From the NCBI GenBank assembly GCA_937944975.1, contig CALEBF010000004.1, positions 9,759 through 73,758 of the forward strand: DNA of 64,000 nucleotides, read 5' to 3'. This stretch comes from an uncultured Mycoplasmatota bacterium. Lineage in GTDB: Bacteria; Bacillota_I; Bacilli_A; RF39; UBA660. Made by a program: the position numbers and the translations under genes. Of the stretch, positions 27,134-36,538 are shown one piece after another. Position 1 is the stretch's first letter. Every line of letters begins with the position of its first letter. The notes under the pieces are model-generated. The model ran no database searches, was not told the origin of the DNA, and saw only the letters and a list, made by a program, of their open reading frames with translations.

Positions 27134-27970
27134 ATGAATGATAGAAATATCAGTAGAGTAAGTAGAACAGAAATGAATGCACAGCCGGAAGATATGACGA
27201 GAACACAGGCGATAAAAATGGAAGAGAAAAGCGAAGAGATAAAAGAAGTTCCTGTCGTGAAAAAGAAAATACACAGTCGTGATTTTATTCGCATGCGGCA
27301 TGTAAATAAAAAATACAAGACGGGTGTAACGGCAATCCACGATTTAGATTTGAATATTAAAAAGGGTGAATTTGTCTTTATTATAGGATCTACTGGTTGT
27401 GGGAAATCCACTTTGATTAAGATGCTATATCGTGAAGAGAAACCAACAAAAGGTCAAATCTTAGTTGGAGGATTGGATGTTGCAAAATTGCGCAATAGTA
27501 AAGTATATAAATTACGTAGAAAGTTGGGAGTAGTATTCCAAGACTTTAAACTTTTAAATAAGACGGTATATGAAAATGTCGCTTTTGCGCTTGAAGTCTT
27601 TGGTCTTCCAAAGGATGAGGTACATTCTAAAGTGCTAAAAGTATTAGAACTTGTCGGATTAAAACATAAAGCAAAAAATTATCCGACGCAGTTATCCGGT
27701 GGAGAGCAACAGCGTGTTGCGATCGCTCGTGCGATTGTAAATGGCCCTAAACTGCTGATTTGTGATGAGCCAACAGGAAACTTGGATGAAGTTACAAGTA
27801 TGGAAATTATGGCTGTCTTAGAGGAAATTAGTAAGATGGGAACGACGATTATCATGGTAACACATGATACGGAAATTGTAGATAAAATGAAAAAACGCGT
27901 TATTCTGTTAGATAGTGGTAGAATTGTAAAAGATTATCCAGAAGGTACTTATCATCATGAAAATCTCTAA
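27134..27970 (+). CDS. ftsE: Cell-division ABC ATPase FtsE with a ~55-aa charged N-terminal extension
   Basis: GGAGGTG RBS upstream of ATG 27134. Walker A GSTGCGKST, signature LSGGEQQR and Walker B ICDEPTGNLD. It is followed by ftsX. An internal start closer to the ATPase core cannot be excluded. Confidence 0.85.
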   Translation: MNDRNISRVSRTEMNAQPEDMTRTQAIKMEEKSEEIKEVPVVKKKIHSRDFIRMRHVNKKYKTGVTAIHDLDLNIKKGEFVFIIGSTGCGKSTLIKMLYREEKPTKGQILVGGLDVAKLRNSKVYKLRRKLGVVFQDFKLLNKTVYENVAFALEVFGLPKDEVHSKVLKVLELVGLKHKAKNYPTQLSGGEQQRVAIARAIVNGPKLLICDEPTGNLDEVTSMEIMAVLEEISKMGTTIIMVTHDTEIVDKMKKRVILLDSGRIVKDYPEGTYHHENL

Positions 27971-28049
27971 AAAGAGATCGAAAGAAGACGTGGGAAAAAT
28001 AAGACAATGGAAATTATTTCCGTTGTGAGATAAGAAAGGATTGGGAGTC

Positions 28050-28949
28050 ATGAAGGTATTTAGAATTCTGGGAAGAAATATTAGAGATTCATTTAAGAGT
28101 GTATTTAGGAACTTTTCCTTATCGCTCGCATCGATCTCTTGTATTACAATTACATTAATTGTAGTTGCGATCTTTGTTATACTAACGTTTAACGTAAATA
28201 ATTTTACTACACTTGTCGAAAAGGATGTGACAATCGTCGCATTTCTCGATGTGGATATCACACAGGAAAATATTAAAGTAGTCGAGAAGAAAATCGCTGA
28301 TATCGATGAAGTCGATAACTATACATTTCAATCAAAACAAGAAATATCTGAAGAAATGATGGAATCGAGTGAAACGTTTAAAAATATTATGAAAGAGTGG
28401 ACAGAGGAGGATAATCCTCTTCAAGATACATTTTTAGTAAAGGTAAAAGATATTAATGATATTGCGGATGTTGCAAAAAGGATCAAGAAAATGGATGGTG
28501 TTTCTATCGTTAAATATGGAGAAGGAATGGTAGAACAACTGATCTCTATTTTCGAAGTTGTCAGAAAGATATGTATGGGAACCGTGATTGCTCTTGTTTT
28601 GGTAACAGCATTCTTAATTTCTAATACAATTAAGATTACAATCTTCTCAAGAAGAAGAGAAATCGAGATTATGAGACTTGTTGGGGCAAGTAACATCAAT
28701 ATTAAAATTCCATTTATATTCGAAGGGTTATTTTTAGGAATTATGGGATCTATATTGCCTATTATAGCAACAGTTTATGGATATAATTTATTGTATGACA
28801 ATTTTGATGGACAACTATTTTCACCATTTATTAAATTAGTTGAACCAGAACCATTTGTACTGTTTATATCTCTTGCACTTCTAGTGATCGGAATTTTAGT
28901 TGGTATGTTTGGTAGTTGGCGTGCTGTTAAGAAACATTTAAAAATATAA
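28050..28949 (+). CDS. ftsX: Cell-division permease-like protein FtsX
   Basis: TM1, an extracellular domain of about 110 aa, then three C-terminal TM helices. Located directly after ftsE. Confidence 0.85.
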   Translation: MKVFRILGRNIRDSFKSVFRNFSLSLASISCITITLIVVAIFVILTFNVNNFTTLVEKDVTIVAFLDVDITQENIKVVEKKIADIDEVDNYTFQSKQEISEEMMESSETFKNIMKEWTEEDNPLQDTFLVKVKDINDIADVAKRIKKMDGVSIVKYGEGMVEQLISIFEVVRKICMGTVIALVLVTAFLISNTIKITIFSRRREIEIMRLVGASNINIKIPFIFEGLFLGIMGSILPIIATVYGYNLLYDNFDGQLFSPFIKLVEPEPFVLFISLALLVIGILVGMFGSWRAVKKHLKI

Positions 28950-28958
28950 GGTGATCAT

Positions 28959-29108
28959 ATGGAAAAAAGAAAGTTAGAATTAGAAGAAAATAATCCTTTG
29001 AAGGATTATTTGGATGAAATTATTGGAAGTTTAGAGAGTCAGGAAAAAGTTGAATTTCCAACATATGATTTTCATTTAGAAGAAGACGAAGAGAAAGAAG
29101 ATGAGTGA
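28959..29108 (+). CDS. Possible small acidic protein (49 aa)
   Basis: ATG lies 6 nt after GGTGA and 9 nt after the ftsX stop. The ORF ends inside a strong terminator. It falls below the track size cut-off and no family is recognised. Confidence 0.3.
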   Translation: MEKRKLELEENNPLKDYLDEIIGSLESQEKVEFPTYDFHLEEDEEKEDE

Positions 29109-29122
29109 TTCATCTTCTTTTT
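29095..29122 (+). terminator. Rho-independent terminator of the ftsEX unit
   Basis: 10-bp stem AAGAAGATGA / TCATCTTCTT followed by TTT. Confidence 0.8.
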
Positions 29123-29173
29123 GTATAGACATATTTTATATTGCGTTATCATATACTTCGAGTGGGTGAGAAA

Positions 29174-29959
29174 ATGGAATATAAAATAGGGGATCATGTT
29201 ACGAGAAAATCATATCAAAATGATACGGTGTTTGTCATTATCGACATTGAAGATGACAACTATATTTTAAAGGGGTTAAATATTCGTTTGATAGCAGATA
29301 GTCCAAAGGAAGATCTACAAAGTTACAATGAGGAAGAAGATATCGAACAGGAAAATCCCTTTCTAGAACGGGTGAAAGTTTGTAACACTTTAGATCGGGA
29401 TGATTACTTTTATTTGACAGGTAAGATTTTGCATATCGATGCAGATGAGGATTATTTAAATCGATGTTTAGATTATTATAAGACCAATAATTTATGGGCA
29501 GTTGGAATTCACGAACAGGAATCACAGATTCCATATCGTATGAGAGAGTTATTAGAAGAATATCGACCGACGATCGTCGTTATTACAGGACATGATGCTT
29601 ATTATAAGAAAAAAGGAAACAAGGATGATATGAATGCCTATAAAAATAGTAGAAACTTTGTAAATGCAGTAAAAGAAGCAAGAAAATACGAGAAAAGTCA
29701 TGAAAAGTTAATTATCATAGCCGGTGCATGTCAATCGGATTATGAGGAGTTAATTATGGCAGGAGCTAATTTCGCATCTAGTCCAAAACGAATCAATATT
29801 CATGCTTTGGACCCAGCAATTATCGCGTCGAAAATTAGTTTATCCGATGTCACTTCTGATATTGATTTAAAGGGAATTTTAGAGATGACAAAATATGGAC
29901 CAAATGGAATTGGAGGAATTAAGACCAAAGGTACGATGTATGTCGGATATCCAAGATAG
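29174..29959 (+). CDS. yabG: Sporulation-specific protease YabG
   Basis: IGDHVTRKSY, ILKGLNIRLIADSP, VVITGHDAY, IIAGACQSDYEELIMAGANFASSPKRINIHALDP and GIGGIKTKG match YabG. Confidence 0.9.
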   Translation: MEYKIGDHVTRKSYQNDTVFVIIDIEDDNYILKGLNIRLIADSPKEDLQSYNEEEDIEQENPFLERVKVCNTLDRDDYFYLTGKILHIDADEDYLNRCLDYYKTNNLWAVGIHEQESQIPYRMRELLEEYRPTIVVITGHDAYYKKKGNKDDMNAYKNSRNFVNAVKEARKYEKSHEKLIIIAGACQSDYEELIMAGANFASSPKRINIHALDPAIIASKISLSDVTSDIDLKGILEMTKYGPNGIGGIKTKGTMYVGYPR

Positions 29960-29967
29960 GAGGTTAT

Positions 29968-30195
29968 ATGACAATACATAAAATTAAGGAAGAACTAGGT
30001 GAACACATCGGAGATAAAGCTATGATTAAATATAGCTTAGGTAGAAATAAATACGAGAAATATGAAGTCATTATTGAAAAATTGTATAATAACATTTTTT
30101 TGGTACGAGCGGGGAGCGGGAAAGAAGTACAGATGAAATCATTTTCTTATATTGATATTATTACGAAGACAATTAAAATAGATTACGATGCTTAA
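29968..30195 (+). CDS. veg: Veg protein
   Basis: 75 aa with IKEELGEHIGDKAMIKYSLGRNK...FSYIDIITKTIKI. Located after yabG, as in Bacillus. Confidence 0.85.
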   Translation: MTIHKIKEELGEHIGDKAMIKYSLGRNKYEKYEVIIEKLYNNIFLVRAGSGKEVQMKSFSYIDIITKTIKIDYDA

Positions 30196-30343
30196 TGTCG
30201 TATGGTAAGCGAAATATGGCATAAGACAAAAGAGTGAACATATGATGTAATATATCATATTTCGTTGATATCGCATATTGCAATAATAAAGAAAGTGTTA
30301 TATAATGAAGATGTATAGTAGTATACTGAAGGGAGAGATTTAT

Positions 30344-30601
30344 TTGAAAATCACATCTGTTAATGTTCGCAAAGTCGAAAAAGAAGCTTCAAGAATGAAA
30401 GGAATTGCATCTGTTTTACTCGATGATTGTTTTGCAGTGCATGATATTCGTATTATCGAAGGAGATAACGGACTTTTTATCGCTATGCCTAGTCGTAAGA
30501 CTGCTACTGGTGGATACCGTGATATTGCACATCCAATCAATCCAGAGAGCAGAAAAATGTTTGAGGATGCCATTTTAGAAGCTTTTAAAAACGAGGCGTA
30601 A
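30344..30601 (+). CDS. spoVG: Septation/sporulation regulator SpoVG
   Basis: TTG 30344 lies 6 nt after GGGAGAG. KITSVNVRKVE...GIASVLLDDCFAVHDIRIIEG..GLFIAMPSRK matches SpoVG. Confidence 0.9.
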   Translation: MKITSVNVRKVEKEASRMKGIASVLLDDCFAVHDIRIIEGDNGLFIAMPSRKTATGGYRDIAHPINPESRKMFEDAILEAFKNEA

Positions 30602-30604
30602 CAT

Positions 30605-30629
30605 AAAAACTCTAGTACTAGAGTTTTTT
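30605..30629 (+). terminator. Rho-independent terminator after spoVG (first of two)
   Basis: AAAAACTCTAG-TA-CTAGAGTTTTTT. Confidence 0.8.
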
Positions 30630-30645
30630 CATGCTCCTTTCGGAA

Positions 30646-30667
30646 GAGAGTGTTACTCTCTTTTTTT
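30646..30667 (+). terminator. Second tandem terminator
   Basis: Stem GAGAG / CTCTC with a TGTTA loop, followed by TTTTTTT. Confidence 0.55.
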
Positions 30668-30718
30668 GTTCTAATTTTTACATCGCTTACATAAACTTAT
30701 AATAAAAGGAGGAGAAAA

Positions 30719-31012
30719 ATGGACAAGGATCATACGACAATCTCATCTTTGAATCATAATGTTACAATGAGTGATCGAAAAAATATTATGATCAGTGGTG
30801 TGAAAAAGATCGATAGTTTTGATAATGAAGAATTTTTAATGGATACAAGTATGGGGTATTTGGTGATGAAAGGAGAAGAACTAGAGATTATAAAATTGGA
30901 TACTTATCAAGGAAATGTATCCATTAAGGGAAGAGTAAATAGTCTGACATATATGGATCATGGCAAACAAGAGAAAAAGGAGGAAGGAGTTTTTAGTAAA
31001 CTCTTTCGATAA
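30719..31012 (+). CDS. yabP: Sporulation protein YabP
   Basis: HNVTMSDRKNIMISGVKKIDSFDNEEFLMDT..G.LVMKGEELEI matches YabP. Confidence 0.88.
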   Translation: MDKDHTTISSLNHNVTMSDRKNIMISGVKKIDSFDNEEFLMDTSMGYLVMKGEELEIIKLDTYQGNVSIKGRVNSLTYMDHGKQEKKEEGVFSKLFR

Positions 31013-31296
31013 TGAATTTACAAATGCAGATCAGTTTAAGTATTTTCTCTTTCCTATATGGAATGTTTTTCGCACTTACAACCACGATCGCTTTTCAATT
31101 ATTGCATCATCCTAATTTATGGATTCGTTATTTATTTACGTTTGGATTTGTGATGTTACACATTTTAGTTTATTTTTTAATTCTGAGAAAGTTTTTCTAT
31201 GGTATACTACATCCTTATTCTATTTTACTTTTAACATTAGGGGTATTTGTGGAACATGCAATTTCCTCTCGTGTTGAAATTCGTATAAAAAAATGA
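31012..31296 (+). CDS. yabQ: Spore cortex biosynthesis protein YabQ
   Basis: Small three-TM protein whose start overlaps the yabP stop (ATAATG). Called from its conserved position after yabP. Confidence 0.7.
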   Translation: MNLQMQISLSIFSFLYGMFFALTTTIAFQLLHHPNLWIRYLFTFGFVMLHILVYFLILRKFFYGILHPYSILLLTLGVFVEHAISSRVEIRIKK

Positions 31297-31327
31297 TATA
31301 CTTAATTGTATAGTAGGATGGTGATAT

Positions 31328-31750
31328 ATGGCACAAAAAAGAAAACGAAAAGTTGTAAAAGCAGCTAAGAGAAGACTTGTATTTTTTGGAACGATTTCGA
31401 TCGCTGCGATTATTTATTTTTTCGTAACGCTTGCTACATATACCATTCGTATTGCTGAATTAAGTCAGGAAAAAAAGGAACTTGCAGCACAGATGGTCAC
31501 GTTGAAAGACGATGAAGAAAATTTAAAATTAGAGATTCAGAAATTACAAGATCCTGATTATATCGCCCGCTTTGCAAGAGAAAATTATCTTTATTCTAAA
31601 GATGGTGAATATATTATTAAAATCGAAGATAAAAAGGAAAAGAAGAAAGAAAAAGATAATGGAATCGAGATCAAAGAAGAATATATTGCAATTGGAGGAA
31701 TTGTGCTTTTCCTATTATTGGTATTATGGTTAAGGCATAAACAAAAATGA
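31328..31750 (+). CDS. divIC: Septum formation initiator family protein (DivIC/FtsB)
   Basis: N-terminal basic tail, a TM helix, and a coiled coil (LSQEKKELAAQMVTLKDDEENLKLEIQKLQDPDYI). It has an unusual second C-terminal hydrophobic helix. Confidence 0.7.
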   Translation: MAQKRKRKVVKAAKRRLVFFGTISIAAIIYFFVTLATYTIRIAELSQEKKELAAQMVTLKDDEENLKLEIQKLQDPDYIARFARENYLYSKDGEYIIKIEDKKEKKKEKDNGIEIKEEYIAIGGIVLFLLLVLWLRHKQK

Positions 31751-31774
31751 ACCTAAAATGGTTCTTTTTTTTTT
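31749..31774 (+). terminator. Rho-independent terminator
   Basis: Stem GAACC / GGTTC followed by T10. Confidence 0.6.
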
Positions 31775-31778
31775 GAAC

Positions 31779-31805
31779 AAAAAAAGAGAGTAGGTATCTA
31801 CTCTC
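31779..31805 (-). terminator. Rho-independent terminator of ponA (minus strand)
   Basis: Stem GAGAGTAG / CTACTCTC overlaps the stop codon, with a T-run on the minus strand. Confidence 0.65.
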
Positions 31806-34584
31806 GAATGACAACGGTTCGTTTGAATGTTTTCGTAAAGTCCCCATATGTCACCGTATAGGTAATTGTATAGGTATTGGCTGCTGTCGTATCAATGGTT
31901 GTTGCTGGAGCTCCTGTCGCATCTACGATCGTTGTTTTGATAGTTGCATCATCAGTAACATCTACGCCGTCTTCAGTAACTTTTACAGAGTATTCTGTGT
32001 AAGTTCCACCAACTGTTAGAGTGATTGTTTCACTACCTACTAGTTGAGCAGTAATCGTTGTTTTCAGTCCGGATAAGTCCACTTTCGTTTCTGCTCCGGC
32101 ACTTTCTAACGAAGCATCGTTTACATAAGTTGCTTTTACTACATAGGTAGAAGCACTTTTAGCACTGACTGTAAATGATATTTGTGTATTTGCTGTAGAC
32201 TGAATCAAACGAAGTGTTCCGTCTGCATTTTTTGCATAAACGTTATATTTAATTCCACCCAATGCGGCATTTTTAGGATCGACCTTATTCCATGAAAGAG
32301 TAACAGTCGTTCCTTTTAAAGAACTTGTAAGACCTGTAGGCGTATCTAATACTGTATAATTTTCAGATACTTCTGTAGGTTCTGTACCTTTTTTAAACAG
32401 CTCTGTACGTTTCATGTTAGCTGGTGTATTTGGTCCTGCTAGTTTTGCTGGATTTGATCCCATTTCAACTTCTACGGCTACAACACCACTTGGCATCTGG
32501 AATTCTGCATTCGAAGTAAAGAATCCTCTTGCAACAGCTTGGAATAGTCTACGATGTCCTCCTGTATTAACTGTACTTACATGATTTGGATCAATTTTAT
32601 CATATCCATACCAAACAGAAATTGCGTATTGGGTATTGTATCCAGTTACCCATAAGTCGTTAACAGCGTTATCTGGGAATCCATACCGTTGGATTACTTC
32701 CTTCGTAAAGTTAGAAGTACCTGTCTTCGCTGCAAATTTTACACCATTTACCATGTTAGATCCGACTCCAAAGTCTGAAGCATCGTATAGAACACTGGTA
32801 ATCATGTATGCTGTTTCTGGACTCATGACCTTTTTCTTTTCTACTTTATGTTCATAAGTTTCACCAGAATTACGATATACGATTTTTGTAAATGTATAAG
32901 GTTTAATATAGTAACCACCATTTGCGAATGCTGCGTATGCTGCAGACATCGTGAGTGGGCTTTCTCCGTTATATCCACCTAATGCGTGAGCTTCATGGAT
33001 AAGTCCATTATCGGAAACTTCAGGAGAGAGTCCGAGAGATTCGGCAAATGCTTTGATTTGCGAATTTTTATTTTGTTGGAATGCTTTTAATGCTGGAATA
33101 TTACGAGATTGAGCGAGTGCATCGCGCAAAGTCATAAAACCTTGGAATTTACGGTCCCAGTTTTCGATCGGAGTACCGTCTGTATAAGTATGTGGTTCAT
33201 CGATAAACGGGGTATAGGTAGACCAATTTTGATATTCGATACCTGGACCATAGTCATAGATTGGTTTTGCCGTTGATCCAATTTGTCTATCTATCATAGT
33301 TGCACGATTATAATCACGTACACCCGAACGGTTTCGACCAGCACCAATCGCAGCAACCGCACCTGTTTTTACATCGATGACTGAGATTCCTGCGTTTACG
33401 GAATCATTTTCCCATTTAAATGTTTCTCCTGACATAATGTCATCTACGTGTTTTTGTTGTTCTTTATTCATTGTTGTATAGATCTGCATAGATACGTTAT
33501 ATGGATTTTGTCCTGTGACATCGATTACGTCTTCGATGACGGTATCGACGAATGCTTGATAAGTATCTACCTGACCTTTCGTTTCTGTGTTTTTCAATAA
33601 TTTATCTACCGATAGGGCTTCAGCAGCTTTTCGTTCTTTCGATGTGATATATCCATGGCGTTCCATGAGATATAAAACGGTATTACGACGCTTTTCAGCA
33701 GCTTCTGGATGTAGATATGGGTCGTATGAATTTGGCGCCTGGAATAGTCCTGCAATCAAGGCAGCCTCTGCCAGGTTGATATCTTTGGCACTTTTTCCAA
33801 AGTAGGTTAAACATGCTTGTTCTACACCGTAAGCACCACTACCTAAATAAGGCGCATTGACATAGAACTCCATGATTTCTTTCTTACTGTAGTTTTGTTC
33901 AACTTGGAAGATCGACATATAGATGTCTGTAAATTTTCTCGTAATACTACGCTGAGTAGAAGTAAAGTGATTTTTTACAATTTGCATTGTCAACGTAGAC
34001 GCTCCACCGGCATTTCTTCCTAATACTGTACCAATTCCAGCTTTTAAGAAACGAGGTAAATCGAATCCATTGTGTTGGAAGAAACGAGAATCCTCAGTTG
34101 CGATAATGGCGTTGACTAATACTTCAGGAAGTTCATCATAAGTAATTTTTTCACGATTTTCACTTCCTAGTTTTGCCACGACATTTCCCTCTACATCATA
34201 CACGATAGATGCTTCTTGGTGATATAGTTTTTCTGGATCAAACTGTGGCGCATTGATGACGATGTATGCCATGAATGCTGCAACAGCGAGGAAACATACA
34301 ATAAAGAAGATCAAAATTGCAAGTAAGATCTTTTTTCCTCTTCTTTTTTTCTTTCGTGACGAGTCACTGTGTTTCACAGCTTTTGCCGAATGTCGCGGTT
34401 TTGGCTTTGACTTTTGCTTTTTTAAAAACGACGGAACTAAGATAATTACATCGATAATTCCTAATACTAAGAATGCTTTTAAAAAGCCGATCGCTAAAGT
34501 TCCAACGATGAGTGCGATGATGCTGACTAAAATGACAGCACACTCAAATTGATTGTTTCGAATAAATCGTTTTACTTTCTTCAT
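31798..34584 (-). CDS. ponA: Class A penicillin-binding protein (PBP1A-type) with a ~200-aa beta-rich C-terminal extension
   Basis: TM anchor. GT51 motifs EDSRFFQHNGFD and GASTLTMQ. Transpeptidase motifs STAKP (SxxK) and KTGTSN. Located downstream of recU, as in Bacillus. Confidence 0.9.
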   Translation of the reverse strand: MKKVKRFIRNNQFECAVILVSIIALIVGTLAIGFLKAFLVLGIIDVIILVPSFLKKQKSKPKPRHSAKAVKHSDSSRKKKRRGKKILLAILIFFIVCFLAVAAFMAYIVINAPQFDPEKLYHQEASIVYDVEGNVVAKLGSENREKITYDELPEVLVNAIIATEDSRFFQHNGFDLPRFLKAGIGTVLGRNAGGASTLTMQIVKNHFTSTQRSITRKFTDIYMSIFQVEQNYSKKEIMEFYVNAPYLGSGAYGVEQACLTYFGKSAKDINLAEAALIAGLFQAPNSYDPYLHPEAAEKRRNTVLYLMERHGYITSKERKAAEALSVDKLLKNTETKGQVDTYQAFVDTVIEDVIDVTGQNPYNVSMQIYTTMNKEQQKHVDDIMSGETFKWENDSVNAGISVIDVKTGAVAAIGAGRNRSGVRDYNRATMIDRQIGSTAKPIYDYGPGIEYQNWSTYTPFIDEPHTYTDGTPIENWDRKFQGFMTLRDALAQSRNIPALKAFQQNKNSQIKAFAESLGLSPEVSDNGLIHEAHALGGYNGESPLTMSAAYAAFANGGYYIKPYTFTKIVYRNSGETYEHKVEKKKVMSPETAYMITSVLYDASDFGVGSNMVNGVKFAAKTGTSNFTKEVIQRYGFPDNAVNDLWVTGYNTQYAISVWYGYDKIDPNHVSTVNTGGHRRLFQAVARGFFTSNAEFQMPSGVVAVEVEMGSNPAKLAGPNTPANMKRTELFKKGTEPTEVSENYTVLDTPTGLTSSLKGTTVTLSWNKVDPKNAALGGIKYNVYAKNADGTLRLIQSTANTQISFTVSAKSASTYVVKATYVNDASLESAGAETKVDLSGLKTTITAQLVGSETITLTVGGTYTEYSVKVTEDGVDVTDDATIKTTIVDATGAPATTIDTTAANTYTITYTVTYGDFTKTFKRTVVIRE

Positions 34585-35156
34585 AATGCTTCTCCTTTAA
34601 AATAAATTTCATCTAATACTGATAAATAATCTAATCGAGGAGTATATTTCTCTTTGATTAGAAAGCCCTCTTTTTCAAAAAAAGAGACAGGGATTGACTT
34701 CCTATTTGTGTTTGTTAGGAATGCTTGAAGTTTACTACCATCTAGAAGATATGTCAAATTCAAGGTTGAAAATCGTACGATGAGAAATCCAATTCCCCCG
34801 TGTCTACGGATATCCTCTAAATGTTTGATTTGATGCACATGAATATTCGATAGTGGGAATCGTGTCTTATATCTCGTTTCTTTCGCTTCGAAATCAATAT
34901 ATCGTCCCTTATAAACGCCATTGTAATCCGTAGTTGACGGCGTTTTATAATAGGCTTCGCGAATCACTGCGTCAATTCGCGAGTGATAATCTACTTTTGA
35001 GACTGTAATCGGTGTCGGTTTTTTATAGATAATCGCGATATCATTTTTTCGATAGTAAAGATTTGTTTCATTGATGTCCGCTTCCAGACTCATTCCTCTG
35101 TTGCCGTACGATACTTCGTGTTTCGTCTGCTTTTTAATTCCACCAGGATAATTCAT
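34581..35156 (-). CDS. recU: Holliday junction resolvase RecU
   Basis: ATG at 35156. GMSLEADINETNLYY, YIDFEAKET and the IHVHQ segments match RecU. 4-nt overlap with ponA. Confidence 0.9.
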   Translation of the reverse strand: MNYPGGIKKQTKHEVSYGNRGMSLEADINETNLYYRKNDIAIIYKKPTPITVSKVDYHSRIDAVIREAYYKTPSTTDYNGVYKGRYIDFEAKETRYKTRFPLSNIHVHQIKHLEDIRRHGGIGFLIVRFSTLNLTYLLDGSKLQAFLTNTNRKSIPVSFFEKEGFLIKEKYTPRLDYLSVLDEIYFKGEAL

Positions 35157-35325
35157 ATACTTCACCATTCTAATTATACTATAAAACATCAAGAAAAGAA
35201 ATGATTTTTCATGGAAATTTTCATTTGACAATCAAAAGACGAGGGAAAATATGTCAAGCTTTTTTGACAGGAAAAGAGAGAACATGATATAATTTATGAG
35301 TCAAAGAGAAAATATAGGTGAGATT

Positions 35326-35907
35326 ATGAAGATAACGAGTGTAGAGTTAAAAGTGAGTGCTGTCAGACGTAGTCAGTATCCTACAGATAACAAACCAGAA
35401 TTTTTAATGGTTGGGAGAAGTAATGTAGGAAAGAGTAGTTTTATCAACACTTTAATTCATCGTAAAAATTATGCACGTACGTCTTCCAATCCTGGAAAGA
35501 CACAGACGATCAATTTTTATCTAGTAAATGATTCTTTTTATCTAGTGGATGCTCCGGGATATGGGTTTGCTAATTTAAGTAAGAAGCATCGTAAAAAATT
35601 TGGGTTAATGATGGAAGATTATATGACGAATCGTAAAAACTTAAAACAAGTGTTTATGTTGATTGATTTTAGACATAAACCTACGAGTGATGATATTTTA
35701 ATGTACGATTTTTTGAAACATTATGAAATACCTGTTACGATCGTCGCAACGAAGATTGATAAAGTAGGGATTACATCTCATCAAAAACAGAGAAATTTAA
35801 TCTTAGATGCATTAGAGTTAGTTGTTGGAAATGATTTTGTCATGTTTTCTAATGTAACGAAAGCTGGAAAAGATGAGATTCATCAAAAGATAGAAAATAA
35901 CATCTAG
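35326..35907 (+). CDS. engB: Ribosome-biogenesis GTPase EngB/YsxC
   Basis: G1 GRSNVGKSS, G3 DAPGYG and G4 TKIDK. Confidence 0.9.
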   Translation: MKITSVELKVSAVRRSQYPTDNKPEFLMVGRSNVGKSSFINTLIHRKNYARTSSNPGKTQTINFYLVNDSFYLVDAPGYGFANLSKKHRKKFGLMMEDYMTNRKNLKQVFMLIDFRHKPTSDDILMYDFLKHYEIPVTIVATKIDKVGITSHQKQRNLILDALELVVGNDFVMFSNVTKAGKDEIHQKIENNI

Positions 35908-35955
35908 ATCGATCGCAAAATTTACCAAAAGACATAGGATATGTTAGGTGGTAAT

Positions 35956-36444
35956 GTGAAGATCGTTATGTTGGATGAAAATAGCTTTTTCATTTATTTA
36001 AATCGAGATTATATCTCCGAGATAAATTTTGAAGAAAAATACGAGTTAGAAGCTTATTTTAAAGTATTATTTTCTAAATTGAAAACATATTATGATATCG
36101 AGATGTGTGGATATTATCATATTAAATGCTACATCGACTCCTACTACGGAATGATTTTATACGTACAAAAAGAAGATGTAGAATATTTTGATTATTTGGA
36201 TAATCAAGTGGATATGAGAATGATACTAGAAGAGGAACAGTGTTTTTTATATCGAATATTCGATTATTTCGATTTTCCTGCAACTTTTAAAAAGAAAGGC
36301 GATATCTATCAATATAAAAAAGGGTTTTATTATAAGCTAAACGAAAAACTTGACTCGATCTCGTTTGGAAACTTGTTGGAATATTCTGAGATCGTGTTTG
36401 AAAATACGTTACCAATATTGAAGTATGGAAAGAAAGTGTCGTAA
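35956..36444 (+). CDS. Possible short MecA-like adaptor protein
   Basis: GTG follows an AGGTGG RBS. The N-terminal segment (KIVMLDENSFFIYL) and the C-terminal segment (FYYKLNEK..FGNLLEYSEIVFENTLPILKYGK) resemble MecA N- and C-terminal segments from memory. The protein is much shorter than Bacillus MecA. Confidence 0.4.
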   Translation: MKIVMLDENSFFIYLNRDYISEINFEEKYELEAYFKVLFSKLKTYYDIEMCGYYHIKCYIDSYYGMILYVQKEDVEYFDYLDNQVDMRMILEEEQCFLYRIFDYFDFPATFKKKGDIYQYKKGFYYKLNEKLDSISFGNLLEYSEIVFENTLPILKYGKKVS

Positions 36445-36538
36445 CTTTCTTTTTTGCAAATAAAATGTCAAATATTTGAAAAAGCATTTAAAGTCGATAG
36501 AAATATGGTATGATATTAAGAGAAAGTAGGGGGAGATT

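Noticed and set aside
27047-27411. Two overlapping minus-strand ORFs of 97 and 105 aa.
   Set aside because: They are antisense to the yitT-like 3' end and the ftsE 5' end, and they have neither an RBS nor motifs.
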